From Octopus vulgaris (taxonomy: Eukaryota), in contig OX597824.1 of the NCBI GenBank assembly GCA_951406725.2, positions 6,944,001 through 7,008,000 of the forward strand: a stretch of DNA of 64,000 nt. The letters run 5' to 3'. A program made the translations under genes and the position numbers. The notes beneath the pieces are model-generated. The model did no database searches. It worked only from the letters and a program-made list of their open reading frames with translations, and was not told the origin of the DNA. Each line of letters starts with the position of its first letter. Position 1 is the first letter of the stretch. Below, one piece after another: positions 42,627-55,094 of the stretch.

Positions 42627-42982
42627 TGCGCAGGAGTGGCTGTGTGGTAAGTAGCTTGCTTACCAACCACAGGTTCCGGGTTCGGTCCCACTGTGTGGTA
42701 GAAGTGTCTTCTGCTATAGCCTCGGGCCAACCAAAGCCTTGTGAAAGTGGATTTGAAAGATGGAAGACAGAGAGAAAGCCGTGTCGTATATATGTATATA
42801 TATATATATCGTGTGTGTGTTTGTGTGTTTATGTCCCCGTTACTTAGCGGTTCGGCATCTATAATGGCCAATGTATGCATGTGCATGTATCTGCATGCAT
42901 GCACGACTCTGTACGGGGTTGCTCGACTAAAGGCGGTGCTCCAGTATGGCCGCAGTCAAATGACTAAAACATGTAAAAGAGT
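42627..42982 (+). mobile_element. SINE family A with an internal segment replaced
   Basis: Normal head and tail; 42858-42917 is not SINE-derived. Confidence 0.8.
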
Positions 42983-43276
42983 GCAGTATGTATTTGTATG
43001 TGTGGATGTGTTTGGTGGAAGCTCACAACAACGAGTATCACTTCCTGCCGTCTGCCTCCCAGAAAACGCCAGGTGAGATCCATCATCCACAGTGACATTG
43101 TACGGCCAAACAGAGGTCAAACAGGCCACCAAGAAAAGAGCCTTGGCCCCAGAGTATTGTTTTCAGACGACACTCCGTACCAAGGAGTAACACAGAGTCA
43201 GGACATGAGTGCCATCGAAATTGCAATTCACTCGCTCGAATACTCATTGAACCCTCTCCAAGAACAACAACGGCAC

Positions 43277-43495
43277 ATTCTTTTATTCTTATATTTGTTT
43301 CAGTCATTTGACTGTGGCCATGCTGGAGCACCACTTTTAGTTGAACAGATTGACCCCAGGACTTATTCTTTATAAGCCTAGAACATATTCTATTGGTTTC
43401 TTTTGCTGAACTGCTAAGTTACAGGGATGTCGTAAACACACCAGCATGGGTGGTCAAGCAATGTCGGGGGGATAAAGACAGACACACAAACATAT
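43277..43495 (-). mobile_element. SINE family A, 3' half
   Basis: TTGTTTCAGTCATTTGACTGTGGCCATGCTGGAGCACC... Confidence 0.8.
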
Positions 43496-43542
43496 ACATA
43501 CTTATATACATATATGTATATATATATATACATATACATACT

Positions 43543-43592
<50 letters not shown>

Positions 43593-43625
43593 CTTACATA
43601 CATATACATACTTACATACATATAC

Positions 43626-43685
<60 letters not shown>

Positions 43686-45422
43686 GCAAGGTGGCAAGGA
43701 TGTCAGAGCATCAGAGAGAATGTTGTGAGGTATTCTTTCTGGTCCTCTGTGCACTGGGTTCAAATCCAGCTAAGACTTATCTGGATAATAGATGGACTTA
43801 ATCCATTACTCAGTTTAATACTACCACATAGTACATCGGGGTCTTTATTGGAATCCACTGTTACAAGCATCCAGGCCATGTGTCTGGAGACCTTCCTTTC
43901 TCCCCATTCTCCTACTACTTTTAGAGGCCCAGGGTAAAAATGATCAAGGCACATATATATCATGGCCATGCCCATAAGGTTAGGAACAGGGGTGCAAGCA
44001 AACCCTCCAAAATTTGGGGGGGGGGGATGCAAACACTTTGAGCGTCCTGGGTCAGGCCTAAGTCTTGCGCCTGCCTAGAGGAATTTCGTTCCTGTGCTTA
44101 AGGCCCTGGGTTTATGATTTGTTCAGGAGCTGGAAGTAGAAATGAATGAAGAGGCTTTTGAAATGCATACTTCTCCATGCCTTTCCACAAATAATTTAGG
44201 TTTTAATTTAAAGGTTTCTATAGAAATTCTAACAATGAATTTAGATGTTAGAATCTCAGCTGAGAAATTGGATATGCAGCCTCAAGCTATGTCCCTTTTT
44301 TTATTAGAAAAAAAAAGGTAAAAATTCAAACTGAATGAATTTTTAATAATTTTCATTTTAAGGTATCAAATATTAACAAAATGAAGATGGCCATTTTTTT
44401 AAAAAAAAATTTGTGTATTTGTGTATTTTTTTCCCCTTTTTGTTAACATATTCGCAAGTAAATATAATTGTGAAGATTTATGCTAGAATAAATATTAAAA
44501 ATATTGATTCCCACACAGGCACATACGCAATGCACTCAAATTACCGTCCTTGAGAATGTGTGTTTCCTGGAGTACATGAATGTGCAGTTGTGACGATGGG
44601 ACAATCTTTCTAAGTGTGTAAAAGTTATTGCTGGTCACTTGTGAATGTCTGCGAGGGATGAACATGTGGCGTTGCCTGATTTATGGAAAGCTATTTTCTT
44701 TCTTCTGAGTCAAAGAGACTGGACAAGTGTAATGCATCAAATTTCTGGAAATTCGTTATGGATACAATGACATTGGGAGGAAAGAAGAGAAAAATAGAAA
44801 TCCTATTATGAGTAGTAACATAAGTAGAGATGGTGGTAGTAGTAGTAGTAGTAGTAGCAGTAGTAGTATGGAAGATAATAATGAGAAATTTGATGATACT
44901 TAAAAACAGAAAAAAAAAGGAGGAAACCAAAAAAAATATAAAATAAACACAAAACGAAAATCGTAAATCAAAGATAAAATTCCAAATATTTTCAGTTCAT
45001 TCAAATTGAAATTACAGCTTTAAATCTTCAGAATTCCACTGAAAACATGATTCATTGCAGAACAAAAGCCAAAAAAAAAAGGGGGGGGTGAGAACGAGGC
45101 TGGCATAACAACAGGGTATGTGGGACAAAATGCCTTTGGCTATTTCTTGTAGTTCGTTATGTTTGGGTTTCAAATCCTGCTGCAGTTACATTTACTTTTC
45201 ATCCCTCAAAGGTCAATAAAATCAAGTACCATCTACTTACCCACAACTCACCCTCCTCTAAATTTCATGCTTTATGCCTTAGCTGCTACTACTGCTACTA
45301 CTAATATTAATAATAATAATCTTCTCTGTTAAAGGCAGAAGGCCTGAATTTTTTTTTTTTTTGCGGTGTTACAGTCAATTGCATGAACCCCAGTGCTCAA
45401 CTGGTATTTATTTCATCGACCC

Positions 45423-46095
45423 CATGCTACGTGGCAGTGAAACATGGGCCGTGACTGCTGAGGACATGCATAAGCTTGCAAGGAATGAAGCCAGTATGAT
45501 CCAATGGATGTGTAATGTCAGTGTGCATACTCAACAGAGTGTAAGTACCTTGAGAGAAAAGTTGGACCTAAGAAGCATCAGATGTGGTGTGCAAAAGAGA
45601 CAACTGCACTGGTATGGTCATGTGGCGAGAATGGATGAGGATAGCTGTGTGAAAAAGTGCCACACCCTAGCGGCTGACGGAATCTGTGGAAGAGGTAGAC
45701 CCAAGAAGGCCTGGGATGAGGTGGTGAAACATGACCTTCAAACATTAGGCCTCACCGAGGCAATGACTAGTGACCGAGAGCTTTGGAAATATGCTGTGCT
45801 TGAGAAGACCCGGCAAGCCAAGTGAGACCATAACCTCGTGGCCTATGCCAGGGGTGTGTAATCAGCCTGCTTATGCGTACCTTTCCTTCATTGGACACTA
45901 AACTCTGCTTGTGAAGACCTGTTGAGGCAAGTGAAATCGAAATCAAATTCGATGACTGGCATCCGTGCCAGTGGAGTTCTACAAGCACCATCTGAGCGTG
46001 ATTGTTGCCAGAGCAGCTGACTGGCTTCCGTGCTGGTGGCATGTAAAAAGCACCATTCGAGCGTGATCATTACCAGCGTTGCTTTACTAGCACGT
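45423..46095 (+). mobile_element. RTE-clade LINE 3' fragment (ORF C-terminus 45423-45825 plus probable 3' UTR)
   Basis: MLRGSETW...RQLHWYGHVARM...GRGRPKKAWDEVVKHDL...DRELW matches the conserved RTE post-RT motifs (YGxETW, RLRWxGHVxRM, GRPxxxW, DRxxW). Confidence 0.88.
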
Positions 46096-46135
46096 GAAAA
46101 AATATTTGTCTTTTGTTTTTTTTGTAAATTCTCAC

Positions 46136-46189
<54 letters not shown>

Positions 46190-46318
46190 AGATTGAATGG
46201 TAGTGCCCAGATGTCAAAACCATAATGATATCTGAGGGGCAGCTGATGATGAGTATGTTGGATTTGTTCATGTGGCTGTTTTTGTATATGAAGAATAGTA
46301 TTATAACACATCCTTTTG

Positions 46319-46361
<43 letters not shown>

Positions 46362-46429
46362 TACACTCACATACATTATACATATATGTACACACACACA
46401 CACACACACATGCATACGTGCATGCGCTA

Positions 46430-46590
46430 CAGGTTTCTTTCAGCTTCTGTCTATCAAATCCACTCAAAAAAGGCTTTGGTTGACCCAGGCTATATTAGAA
46501 GCCACTTGCCCAAGGTGCTGTGCAATGGGACTGAACTGAAGACCACAATGCTTGGGAAGCAAGCTTCTCATGCACACAGCCACACCTGTG
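46430..46590 (-). mobile_element. SINE family A, 5' half, diverged
   Basis: CACTTGCCCAAGGTGC...GGGACTGAAC...CACAGCCACACCTG. Confidence 0.7.
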
Positions 46591-47689
46591 CCATTGGAAA
46601 GGTAATTTTGAAGCCTCTGTTTGCAGGAACAATGCAGGTGTAAGGTGTTGGGATTGTTTGTGGAGGGGTCACAAAAGAGTGGAAAGGAAACGAAGAGGAA
46701 AGATTGTTGTTAAACACCGCAGTAAGTAGGTTATCAATGCACAGTGAATGGATGCGGTCGTTGAAACGACAGTGCAGCCTTATCATCTGTCATGCGTTGC
46801 AAGCGATTAATACCATGGCTTTTTTGTGAAAAAAAAAAAGATATAATCAGCGTTTTTGCAGTGAAAGAGATGTGGAGGAGCAATGGCGTGTCAATGCAGA
46901 GGAACAACAATACCAACAACAAAGCAACCTCTGCCTTCCCCTCAAATGAATGTTCCATGATACGGAAAGAACCAAGGATGAGGAAAAGAAACAAAACAAA
47001 AAATGGATAGCAAATGCATTATTTGGCTGCTTTGTCCAGAATCTGGAGATGAGGATGACTGGACTTTGGAAATGTCCATGGCTTGGTGTATGCACACACA
47101 CACACATGCATATAGCCACACATATAAAGTAACGTATTTGCCCAGGACATGCAAATTAACTCGAAGGCCTTTTTTTTTTCTTTTTTATATTTTTTTTTTT
47201 AGATAAGCAATTAATCTAAAAGCTGAATAACGAGTGCATTTTTAGTTTTGTGATTTCTTTTTTGTTTTTGTTTTTGTAGAATGTCTAACAATGAATGAAG
47301 AAGCAAATACATGAGATGGCTATCTATCTATCTTGACGGACAGACAGACAGACAGAAAGGAAGAAAGAAAGAAGGAAAGGAAGAAATGAAGGAATGAAGA
47401 AAGAAAGAGAGACAGGCAGGAAGAGAGAAAGAAAGAAAGGAAGATGGATAAGTAGACGCATGGTGGGGTGGATAAATGGACAGACAGACAGACATACACG
47501 GTCTGATCAATATGTATCAGGACTGTTGCCATAGTAACAAAGTTAAAGTACGCAGAGTGAAGTCAGTTGGCAAAGATTGACCTTGAACTCTGCTGTTCAT
47601 GCACTCTAAGTTTTAACATTCTAGCTCACTCCCACTGTTTACAGCAGTGCTTCAAAGGAAGGTGTGTAGCGTGTGATTGTCACATTGAC

Positions 47690-48523
47690 CAAAAAAGGGA
47701 AAGTTGTTATGGTGACACTTGCTCAGAGGCCTATGCAAAGTTGCAGAAAGTGTATGGAGAGGAGTGTATGAGCCGCACATGAGTGTATGAGTGGTTCAGA
47801 TGTTTTCAAGATGGCTTAAAAAATGTTGATATTGACGAACTTTCTGGGAGACCCACAACCAGTAGAACTGAGAAAAATATTGCAGAGGAGTGGCTGTATG
47901 GTAAGTAGCTTACTTACCAACCACATGGTTCCGGGTTCAGTCCCACTGCATGGCATCTTGGGCAAGTGTCTTCTACTACAGCCTCGGGCCGACCAAAGCC
48001 TTGTGAGTGGATTTGGTAGACAGAAACTGAAAGAAGCCCGTCGTATATATGTATATATATATATAAATGTGTGTGTGTGTGTGTTTGTGTTTGTCCCCCT
48101 AGCATTGCTTGATAACCGATACTGGTGTGTTTACGTCACTGTCACTTAGCGGTTCGGCAAAAGAGACTGATAGAATAAGTAGTAGGCTTACAAAGAATAA
48201 GTCCTGGGGTCGATTTGCTCACCTAAAGGCGGTGCCCCAGCATGGCCGCAGTCAAATGACTGAAACAAGTAAAAGAGAGAAAAGAGAGTATGTGAATGCA
48301 GCCATGAGGGGAAATCGTTGAATCACCATCCATGAGTTATCAGAAAATGTGTAGATTAGTTATGGTTCAGTTCAGTCCATTATCCCTGAAGATTTGGGTT
48401 TGAGACTCGTGTCTGCCGTGTTTGTGCCAAAAATTGCTTTCAGCTGAGCAAAAAGAAACTTGGGTTTCAGTCGCACAAAATCTACTTGGTTGTGTCAAGA
48501 ATGAAGAAAACTTCTTGAAAACA
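47690..48523 (+). pseudogene. Mariner transposase N-terminal relic split by a SINE
   Basis: GDTCSEAYAKLQKVYGEECMSRT*VYEWFRCFQDGLKNVDIDELSGRPTTSRTEKNIA | VNAAMRGNR*ITIHELSENV*ISYGSVQSIIPEDLGLRLVSAVFVPK(frameshift)LLSAEQK shows both mariner HTH motifs, the GRP linker and a WVPxxL-like motif. Confidence 0.85.
47886..48289 (+). mobile_element. SINE family A, full length, inside the mariner relic
   Basis: Complete head, body and tail. Confidence 0.92.
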
Positions 48524-49746
48524 TTGCGTAGGCATTTGAAAACTACAAGATAATGCATATGTAATTCAAAATGGTGTGAATAAATAACCATTATATTCTA
48601 AGGAATAATCATTACTTTTATAACATTCTGCTGGCTAAAGGATAACTGCTACTTGCATTAAAGAAATATCCATTCTATTGGAATGGTATGATTGTCTTAG
48701 ACATTCCTCTCATTATTTTCTTCCTTTCTTTCTTTGAATACCCTAGTTTTTTTATTTTAAGACATTTGTTCCCAGAACTGTGAATATACGCATCTCTGTC
48801 TGTCTATCAATGCACACACACACACACACACACACAAACAAACATACACAGAAATAAGTAAATAAATAAATGCGAATGTTGATGTTTCCAGAAGCCTAGG
48901 TGTATATTAACTGACGATGTTTTAATTAAAGCTTCATGATATTTCTGACACCAAACTAATTATTTTCTTCCTCTTCTGTTGCGACACAGGAACCAAACCT
49001 ATGATAAATCTTCCCCAAAGTGTGTGCGCGTGCGTGTGTATTTGCATGCAGTTCTGGCTTATACATTAATTACAGTTTTATATCAACAATGTTTAACAGT
49101 GAAGCCCCTGTCTTTAATATTCTACTTTTTCTTTCCCTATTTTTTTTCCCTTTTGCTTTTTGGCTGAACAGATGTTGGCAGACAGTTTCCACTCAAACTT
49201 GCTTACATCAAAGTTGAGAAAACTCTGCAGAATCTCTCCCTTTGCTATAAATCAATGGATCAATAGCATTGTCAGAATAAAATCCCTGGCAGATTTTAAA
49301 CTGAGATAAGACTTGCGTAACTTTTATGGCACCTCATCAAAGTGATGCCTTTGGCTTGATCCATGCTGGAAATAAAAACGACACGATTTAAATGCTCATC
49401 CAGTAAAACAGTGGACATACATATAAATGCCAACCAGAAGTAAAGAACATTGATGTTATTTTATTTTCAAATTGCTGGGCCTAGAAAAAGGGTAGAGCTC
49501 AGGGCCCTCAGAGATTCTCTTTCACTAGTGAATTCAATGTCGTTACTATTCTTCTTGAAACTTTTTGAAGCAACACTTGCAGCAAAGATATGAGTAGGTA
49601 AAGAATTTTGGAAAACCTAGATTCTGGCAAAGAAGGGCTGGGTGAAATTATTAGAGTAGGGCCTGCAGTTGAGCACTCTCTATCTTTAATTATAACTTAA
49701 TCTCACTAATTTCACTACAAATGTCACCAATGGTACAAATTTCTAT

Positions 49747-50398
49747 TTAACCCTTTTATTACCAACCCAGCTGAAACCACCTCTGGCTCTGAGTACAAAT
49801 GTCTTGTTTCCATAAGTTTTGAATGAAACTCTTCACCAAACCTTAGTCACAATTTATGTTCCTAACACTAGCTTAATCATAATTAAGTTATTTTACTAGA
49901 TTCTTAATTGAAAGAAACAAAAGAAATATGGTAACGAAAGAGTTAACCCTTTCATTATCAACCCAGCTGAAACCAGATCTGGCTCTGTAGTACAAATGTC
50001 TTGTTTTCATAAGTTTTCAATAAAAATCTTCCACCAAACCTTAGTCACAATTTAAATTCCTAACACTAGCTTAATGATAACTAAGTTATTTTACTAGATT
50101 CTATGTTATATTCCTAATTAATTGAAAGAAACACAGAGCATCTCAAAATAATTACATTAATGAGAGGGTTAACCCTTTCATTACCAACCCAGTTGAAACC
50201 ACCTCTGGCTCTGTAGTACAACTGTCTTGTTTTCATAAGTTTTGAATTTAAATCTTTCACCAAACCTTCGTCGCAATTTATGTTCCTAATACAAGCTTAA
50301 TGATAACTAAGTTATTTTACTAAATTCTTTGTTATATTTCAAAAAATTGAAAGAAACACAGAGCATCTCAAACAGAAATATGGTAACAAAAGGGTTAA
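49747..50398 (+). mobile_element. Three tandem piggyBac-type MITEs sharing TTAA sites
   Basis: TTAA at 49747, 49943, 50169 and 50395; TIRs CCCTTTCATTACCA / TGGTAACAAAAGGG; units 49751-49942, 49947-50168, 50173-50394. Confidence 0.88.
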
Positions 50399-51332
50399 GT
50401 AAGGTTGTTACACAATGCATGGAAGCTCCTGAGTAAATTGTTCAAAAATGAAGACATCAAAGGGGTGTCTTTTTGTTTTGTGCACACAACCACCAAAATA
50501 CATATGCATCCAAACACAAACACAAGTGCATATATACATACATTAACATGCAATTGCACACCTACATCTAACTGGTCTTCCTTTAGTTACTATCTACCAA
50601 GTTCACTTGCAAGGCTTTTATCAGTGAGGGGCTACAGTTGAAGGTACTTGCCCAAGGTGCAATGCAATGGGATTGAACCACAAACCTTTGAGTTGGGAAG
50701 CAAACTCCTTACCACACACCCATGGATGTTTTTATTGTTAAAGTACCCTGCGCCAATTGGTTCCATCTTTCTGGAACTCCGACCAAGAAATATATTACAA
50801 GTCATTAGAAGACTTCGAAATCGGTCAATGTACAAAATTCTTCAATTCCTAAAATTCTAAAACTATCGGCTGCAAAGGAGATCTGCTTTCACGTATTTAG
50901 AGCGAGCGTTGCCGTTATAATTCCTGTGGCACTCAGTCTATGGAAAGTAGTTAATAACAGAAACATGATCTCTTAGTGTCTTGCACTAGCATGCAAATAT
51001 ACGTACATATACATGTATACACACACACACACACGTAACAATACTGTATTGACCAATGATCACAGCACGTCCATTTGCTAAATTTGTCTACTTATATTCA
51101 ATATACGGATTATATTTGAATATAAAACACCCATCGCACTGTGTGTGTGTAATTGTGTATGCGAATATACATAATATGCATGCGTATATGAATGTCTTTC
51201 AACCTATATACGTATGTGTATGAATGCATGTATTTTGCATATATACACACACATATATATAAACCTGCTCTCAGGTTTGGTCACTCTCTCGCATGCATCC
51301 AATTTATACACAGTTTAAGTAGATACATATAG

Positions 51333-51489
51333 AGAAGTGGCTGTGTGGTAAGTAGATTGCTTACCAACCATATGGTTCTGAGTTCAGTCCTTCTACATGG
51401 CACCTTGGGCAAGTGGCTTCTGCTATAGCCTTGGGCTGACCAAAGGCTTGTGAGTGGATTTGGTAGACGGAAACTGAAAGAAGTCCATC

Positions 51490-51531
<42 letters not shown>

Positions 51532-51718
51532 CTGTGTTTGTCCCCTACAATCACTTGACTGCTGCTGTTGGTGAGCTAACGTCTCCATGACTTAGAAGTT
51601 CAGCAAAAGGCACTGACAGAATACATAGTGGACTTAAAAAGAAAACAAAAGGAAAAAGTCTTTGGGCAGATTTTTGGGGACTAAAAACCTTCAAGGCACT
51701 GCTCCAGCATGGCCACAG
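51333..51718 (+). mobile_element. SINE family A, diverged
   Basis: GTGGCTGTGTGGTAAG...GCTCCAGCATGGCCACAG. Confidence 0.8.
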
Positions 51719-51815
51719 AGAAATGCCCCACATGGGTAAAAGGTAAACAATATATAAACACAAATATCTACATAACTAAGAGTCAGAGAGGGAATTTGGT
51801 GAGAGAGGGAGAGAG

Positions 51816-51872
<57 letters not shown>

Positions 51873-52074
51873 AAGAGAGATACAGACAGACAGGCAGGCC
51901 ACAGACTGTTTAAAGGGAAGAGAGACTTCTCAGCAAAAAGTCAATTAAAACTGATGGCATTTTGAAATGTTTAGCAACATTGAAGCTGTTTTGGGGGAGA
52001 ATGTCTTGCTGTGGAAGGAGACCTTTCAGGATTATTTAGAGCTTTGCCAGAGATGCCAGAGTCAATCATAAATC

Positions 52075-52672
52075 AATGTGGTGTGTGATGGCGATGGTGG
52101 TGGTCGATGCCATGGAGGTGGTGGAGGTGGTGGTGGCGGCAGCAGGTGTGAAAAGTTGTGGTGACTGAAGTTGTGGTGATGATGGTGGTGGTGGTGGTGC
52201 TTTTGAAGAATGATGGTGTTGGTGGCGATGGAGAATAAGGGTGCTGATAGCGACGGAGGTGGAGACGGTGGAGGAAGGGTAGTGGTGGTATAGAGGGATG
52301 GAGGGTGTTGATAAGGGTGGCGCGAGGGGGTGGCAATGGAGATGGTGATAATATGGATGGTGATAAGGAGAAGTGGGGCGATGAGGCGTAGGGGAGTGAT
52401 GGTGAGAGTGATGTTTGGGGGTTGGGGTAAGAGTGATACTGGTGGCGATGGAAACGGTGGTGCTGGTGGTTGTCAGCAGTTGCCATGGCGGTGGCGGTAA
52501 TGGCCACAGTGGTGGCGGCAGTGACATGCTGATGCTGTTGCAGTGGCCATCATCCAGGGGATGCTGAGTCTGTAGTAGTGATGGTGGCAGTAGCAATCAG
52601 GGCGGTCCAGGCAGGAGTGTGGGTGATTGGGGTGGGTTATGGTGGGTAACAGTAGTTTAGGGGTGGGGGCTA
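52075..52672 (+). repeat. G-rich degenerate (GGT/GGC/GAT)n low-complexity block
   Basis: Strong G-over-C strand skew and triplet periodicity. Confidence 0.85.
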
Positions 52673-52757
52673 TAGGAATTCTTCTATTGCACACTTCTGT
52701 TCATCCCAGGATTCCCGAATGGAATCCATCTTCCATTTCAGGTTGTTATGCATTATT

Positions 52758-52935
52758 TTATTCTTTTATTTGTTTCAGTCATTTGACTGTGGCCATGTTG
52801 GAGCACCGCCATTAGTCGAACACCCTTGTAAGCTTAGTACTTATTTTATCGGTTTTTTATACCAAACCGCTAAGTTACAGGGACGTAAAAACACCAACTT
52901 CGTTTGTCAAGCGATGGTCGATACAGACACACAAA
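52758..52935 (-). mobile_element. SINE family A, 3' half
   Basis: GTTTCAGTCATTTGACTGTGGCCATGTTGGAGCACCGCC. Confidence 0.75.
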
Positions 52936-53088
52936 TATGCACGCACGCACGCACGTATGTACGTATGTATGTATGGATATATGTGTGTGTATGTGTGTAA
53001 GTATGTATAGTTATAGGTACAGATAAATAGATAGATGCTAATATACACACACGCATATATAAATGTAAGTATATGTGTGCATATATAC

Positions 53089-53119
<31 letters not shown>

Positions 53120-53849
53120 CGTGAGTATGTAAGTATATTATACGCGTCAATTGCCATAAAATGTATCTATATCGTTTTCGGTCATTTGAAGGCGTGTTAC
53201 GTTTGCTGTCGACAATATTTATTGTATAAAAATGATTTTATTTTTATTTTTTCTAACACAACAAACTTCAAACAACTTTCAGGTTCAAAGGACGCACACG
53301 CCGCGCACGCGTGTGTGTGTGTGTGTAAATCGGCATGTGCCTGAGTGTGTGCGAGTGAGGTGCATATGTGTGTCAGCCTAGATTATCCAATGTGTGTACT
53401 TCGTTCTTAAGATGACAGACCGCGGCCTGAGGGAGAATTAGCCTATTAATTCTAGCAGGGTTAAGCGACCAACTGGTTCTCTCATTACTCTCAGTTTAAA
53501 CAGAGAGGTTGAAACATATTTTATCGAAAACAAAAAACATCAAAGAGCACAGTGGTTGCAGACAGACGCTTGGAGATTGTCATCAATGTTTTCAAAGCTC
53601 TTCCGAATCCGTCGTGATGTCCCCGACGTTGTTGTGTATTCGGAAGAGTTTAGTATAAACGTCAGAGTGACTTCTGCCCGGGGCACAAAGTACCTGCGAT
53701 GTTTATTTTCACACAACGTATTTTAATAAGTCTAGCACCAAAGACAGGCCGTGCGGGGATATTAACTCAACTCGAGAGAGAGGGGGGAGATGGAGAGAGA
53801 CGGAGGGAGATAGATAGAAAGGGAGAGAGAGAGGGGGGGAAGAGACAAA

Positions 53850-54242
53850 TCTCTCTCTATATAAAGCTGAAGTTGTCTGTGTGGCAGGTTTGGTAGCCTT
53901 CAACTAACACTTATCTCCTCCGAGACCCTGCAGCGCAAGTTGACCAAAATTGAGAGTATGATAGAAGAAGACTTGCTCTTCATTCCGTAGAAGATAAAAT
54001 TCAAATCAGACCATGTTAACACCAAAAATTATTTACATCAAAAAGGTGCTTTTTTTCTATGAAAATCCCTATTTTTTTAATGATTTTTTGACTGCTGTGT
54101 CGCCATTTTTCGGTGCATTTCAACCAGAAAAATGTTCACTTAAAGAGAATAACAAGCTACATAATGCAAAATTTTTACTTTTCAAAAATTCCAATTCTAA
54201 AGGGTCGAAACAAACCCGAGCAACGCCGGGTGATACTGCTAG
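53850..54242 (+). mobile_element. Non-autonomous Helitron
   Basis: A|TCTCTCTCTATATAAAG start; 3' hairpin CCCGAGC-AAC-GCCGGG about 8 nt before CTAG|T; sits between A and T with no TSD. Confidence 0.75.
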
Positions 54243-54678
54243 TATAGAATATTTTGGAAAACTTGATTCCGTCCTGTATGATATGAGGTTCTGTAGACGT
54301 TGAATTACATTTGGGAATGTTTATGCCATGCAGGACCGAGACCAACGTAATATCCGCATTCCTTCACATCACCAAATTGAAACTATTTGTTCAGCAATTT
54401 CCCTAATAAAAAAAAAGTTTATTTCCTTATTTTCTTTATTTGCAACTGAACAGTGAAAAATATAGTCGCACATGTTTTCCATGTCCACGAGTGAGTTGAA
54501 CAATGAAACACACATTGGAACACACACTCAGTCGCATGCGCGCACACGTCTTTCTTTTACCATATATATTGCTCTACATTTTAAATTGATGTAATTTTTG
54601 CATTGTTCAGTTAAATGGAGTCGCTTGAAAAGACTATATATATATACTCAAAATAAGCAACAAGGATATCTAGAGGTA

Positions 54679-54768
54679 ATGCAGTACGACCGTTTCATGC
54701 GACTCCATTTAAACTGAACAATGCAAACATTACATCAATTTAAAATGTAGAGCAATCTTCAGCTGCAT
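54679..54768 (-). ncRNA. Type I hammerhead ribozyme candidate with palindromic stem III
   Basis: ATGCAG-CTGAAGA-TTGC...GCAT-GAA-ACGGTCGT-A^CTGCAT: 6-bp helix I, intact CUGANGA and GAAA core, GUA cleavage triplet, self-complementary stem III; U-U at the base of stem II. Confidence 0.65.
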
Positions 54769-55006
54769 AAAAATATAGAATTTAGCTAAATGTTTGCATT
54801 GTTCAGTTTAAATGGAGTCGCATGAAACGGTCGTACTGCATTACCTCTAGATATCCTTGTTGCTTATTTTGATTATAAGCACCCCATTTTGAATTATATG
54901 GATAATACTATACTAAATTCTGGTGCCTTTAACTTAAGTACCATATTCATCTGAATCTAAATTTTACTATATATATTCAAAATAAGCAAAAGGATATCAA
55001 GAGGTG

Positions 55007-55094
55007 ATGCAGTACGACCGTTTCAAGAGACTCCATTAAACAGAACAATGCAATCATTACATCAATTTGAATGCAGGGCTGTCCTCAGTTGCAT
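55007..55094 (-). ncRNA. Hammerhead candidate, diverged second copy
   Basis: ATGCAA-CTGAGGA-CAGC...TCTT-GAAACGGTCGTA-CTGCAT; the core differs from the first copy only at the variable position 7. Confidence 0.5.

Noticed and set aside
42998-43270. Non-repetitive 125-aa ORF
   Set aside because: No recognisable family, no splice support, and it runs into a SINE.
44545-44680. Possible minus-strand exon (MFIPRRHSQVTSNNF...ILKD) ending at a GTAATT donor
   Set aside because: Short, weak acceptor, no recognisable homology, and its apparent phase is not compatible with the 56689 candidate.
49207-49365. Segment bounded by good minus-strand acceptor and donor motifs
   Set aside because: Stops in all three frames; could only be a non-coding exon.
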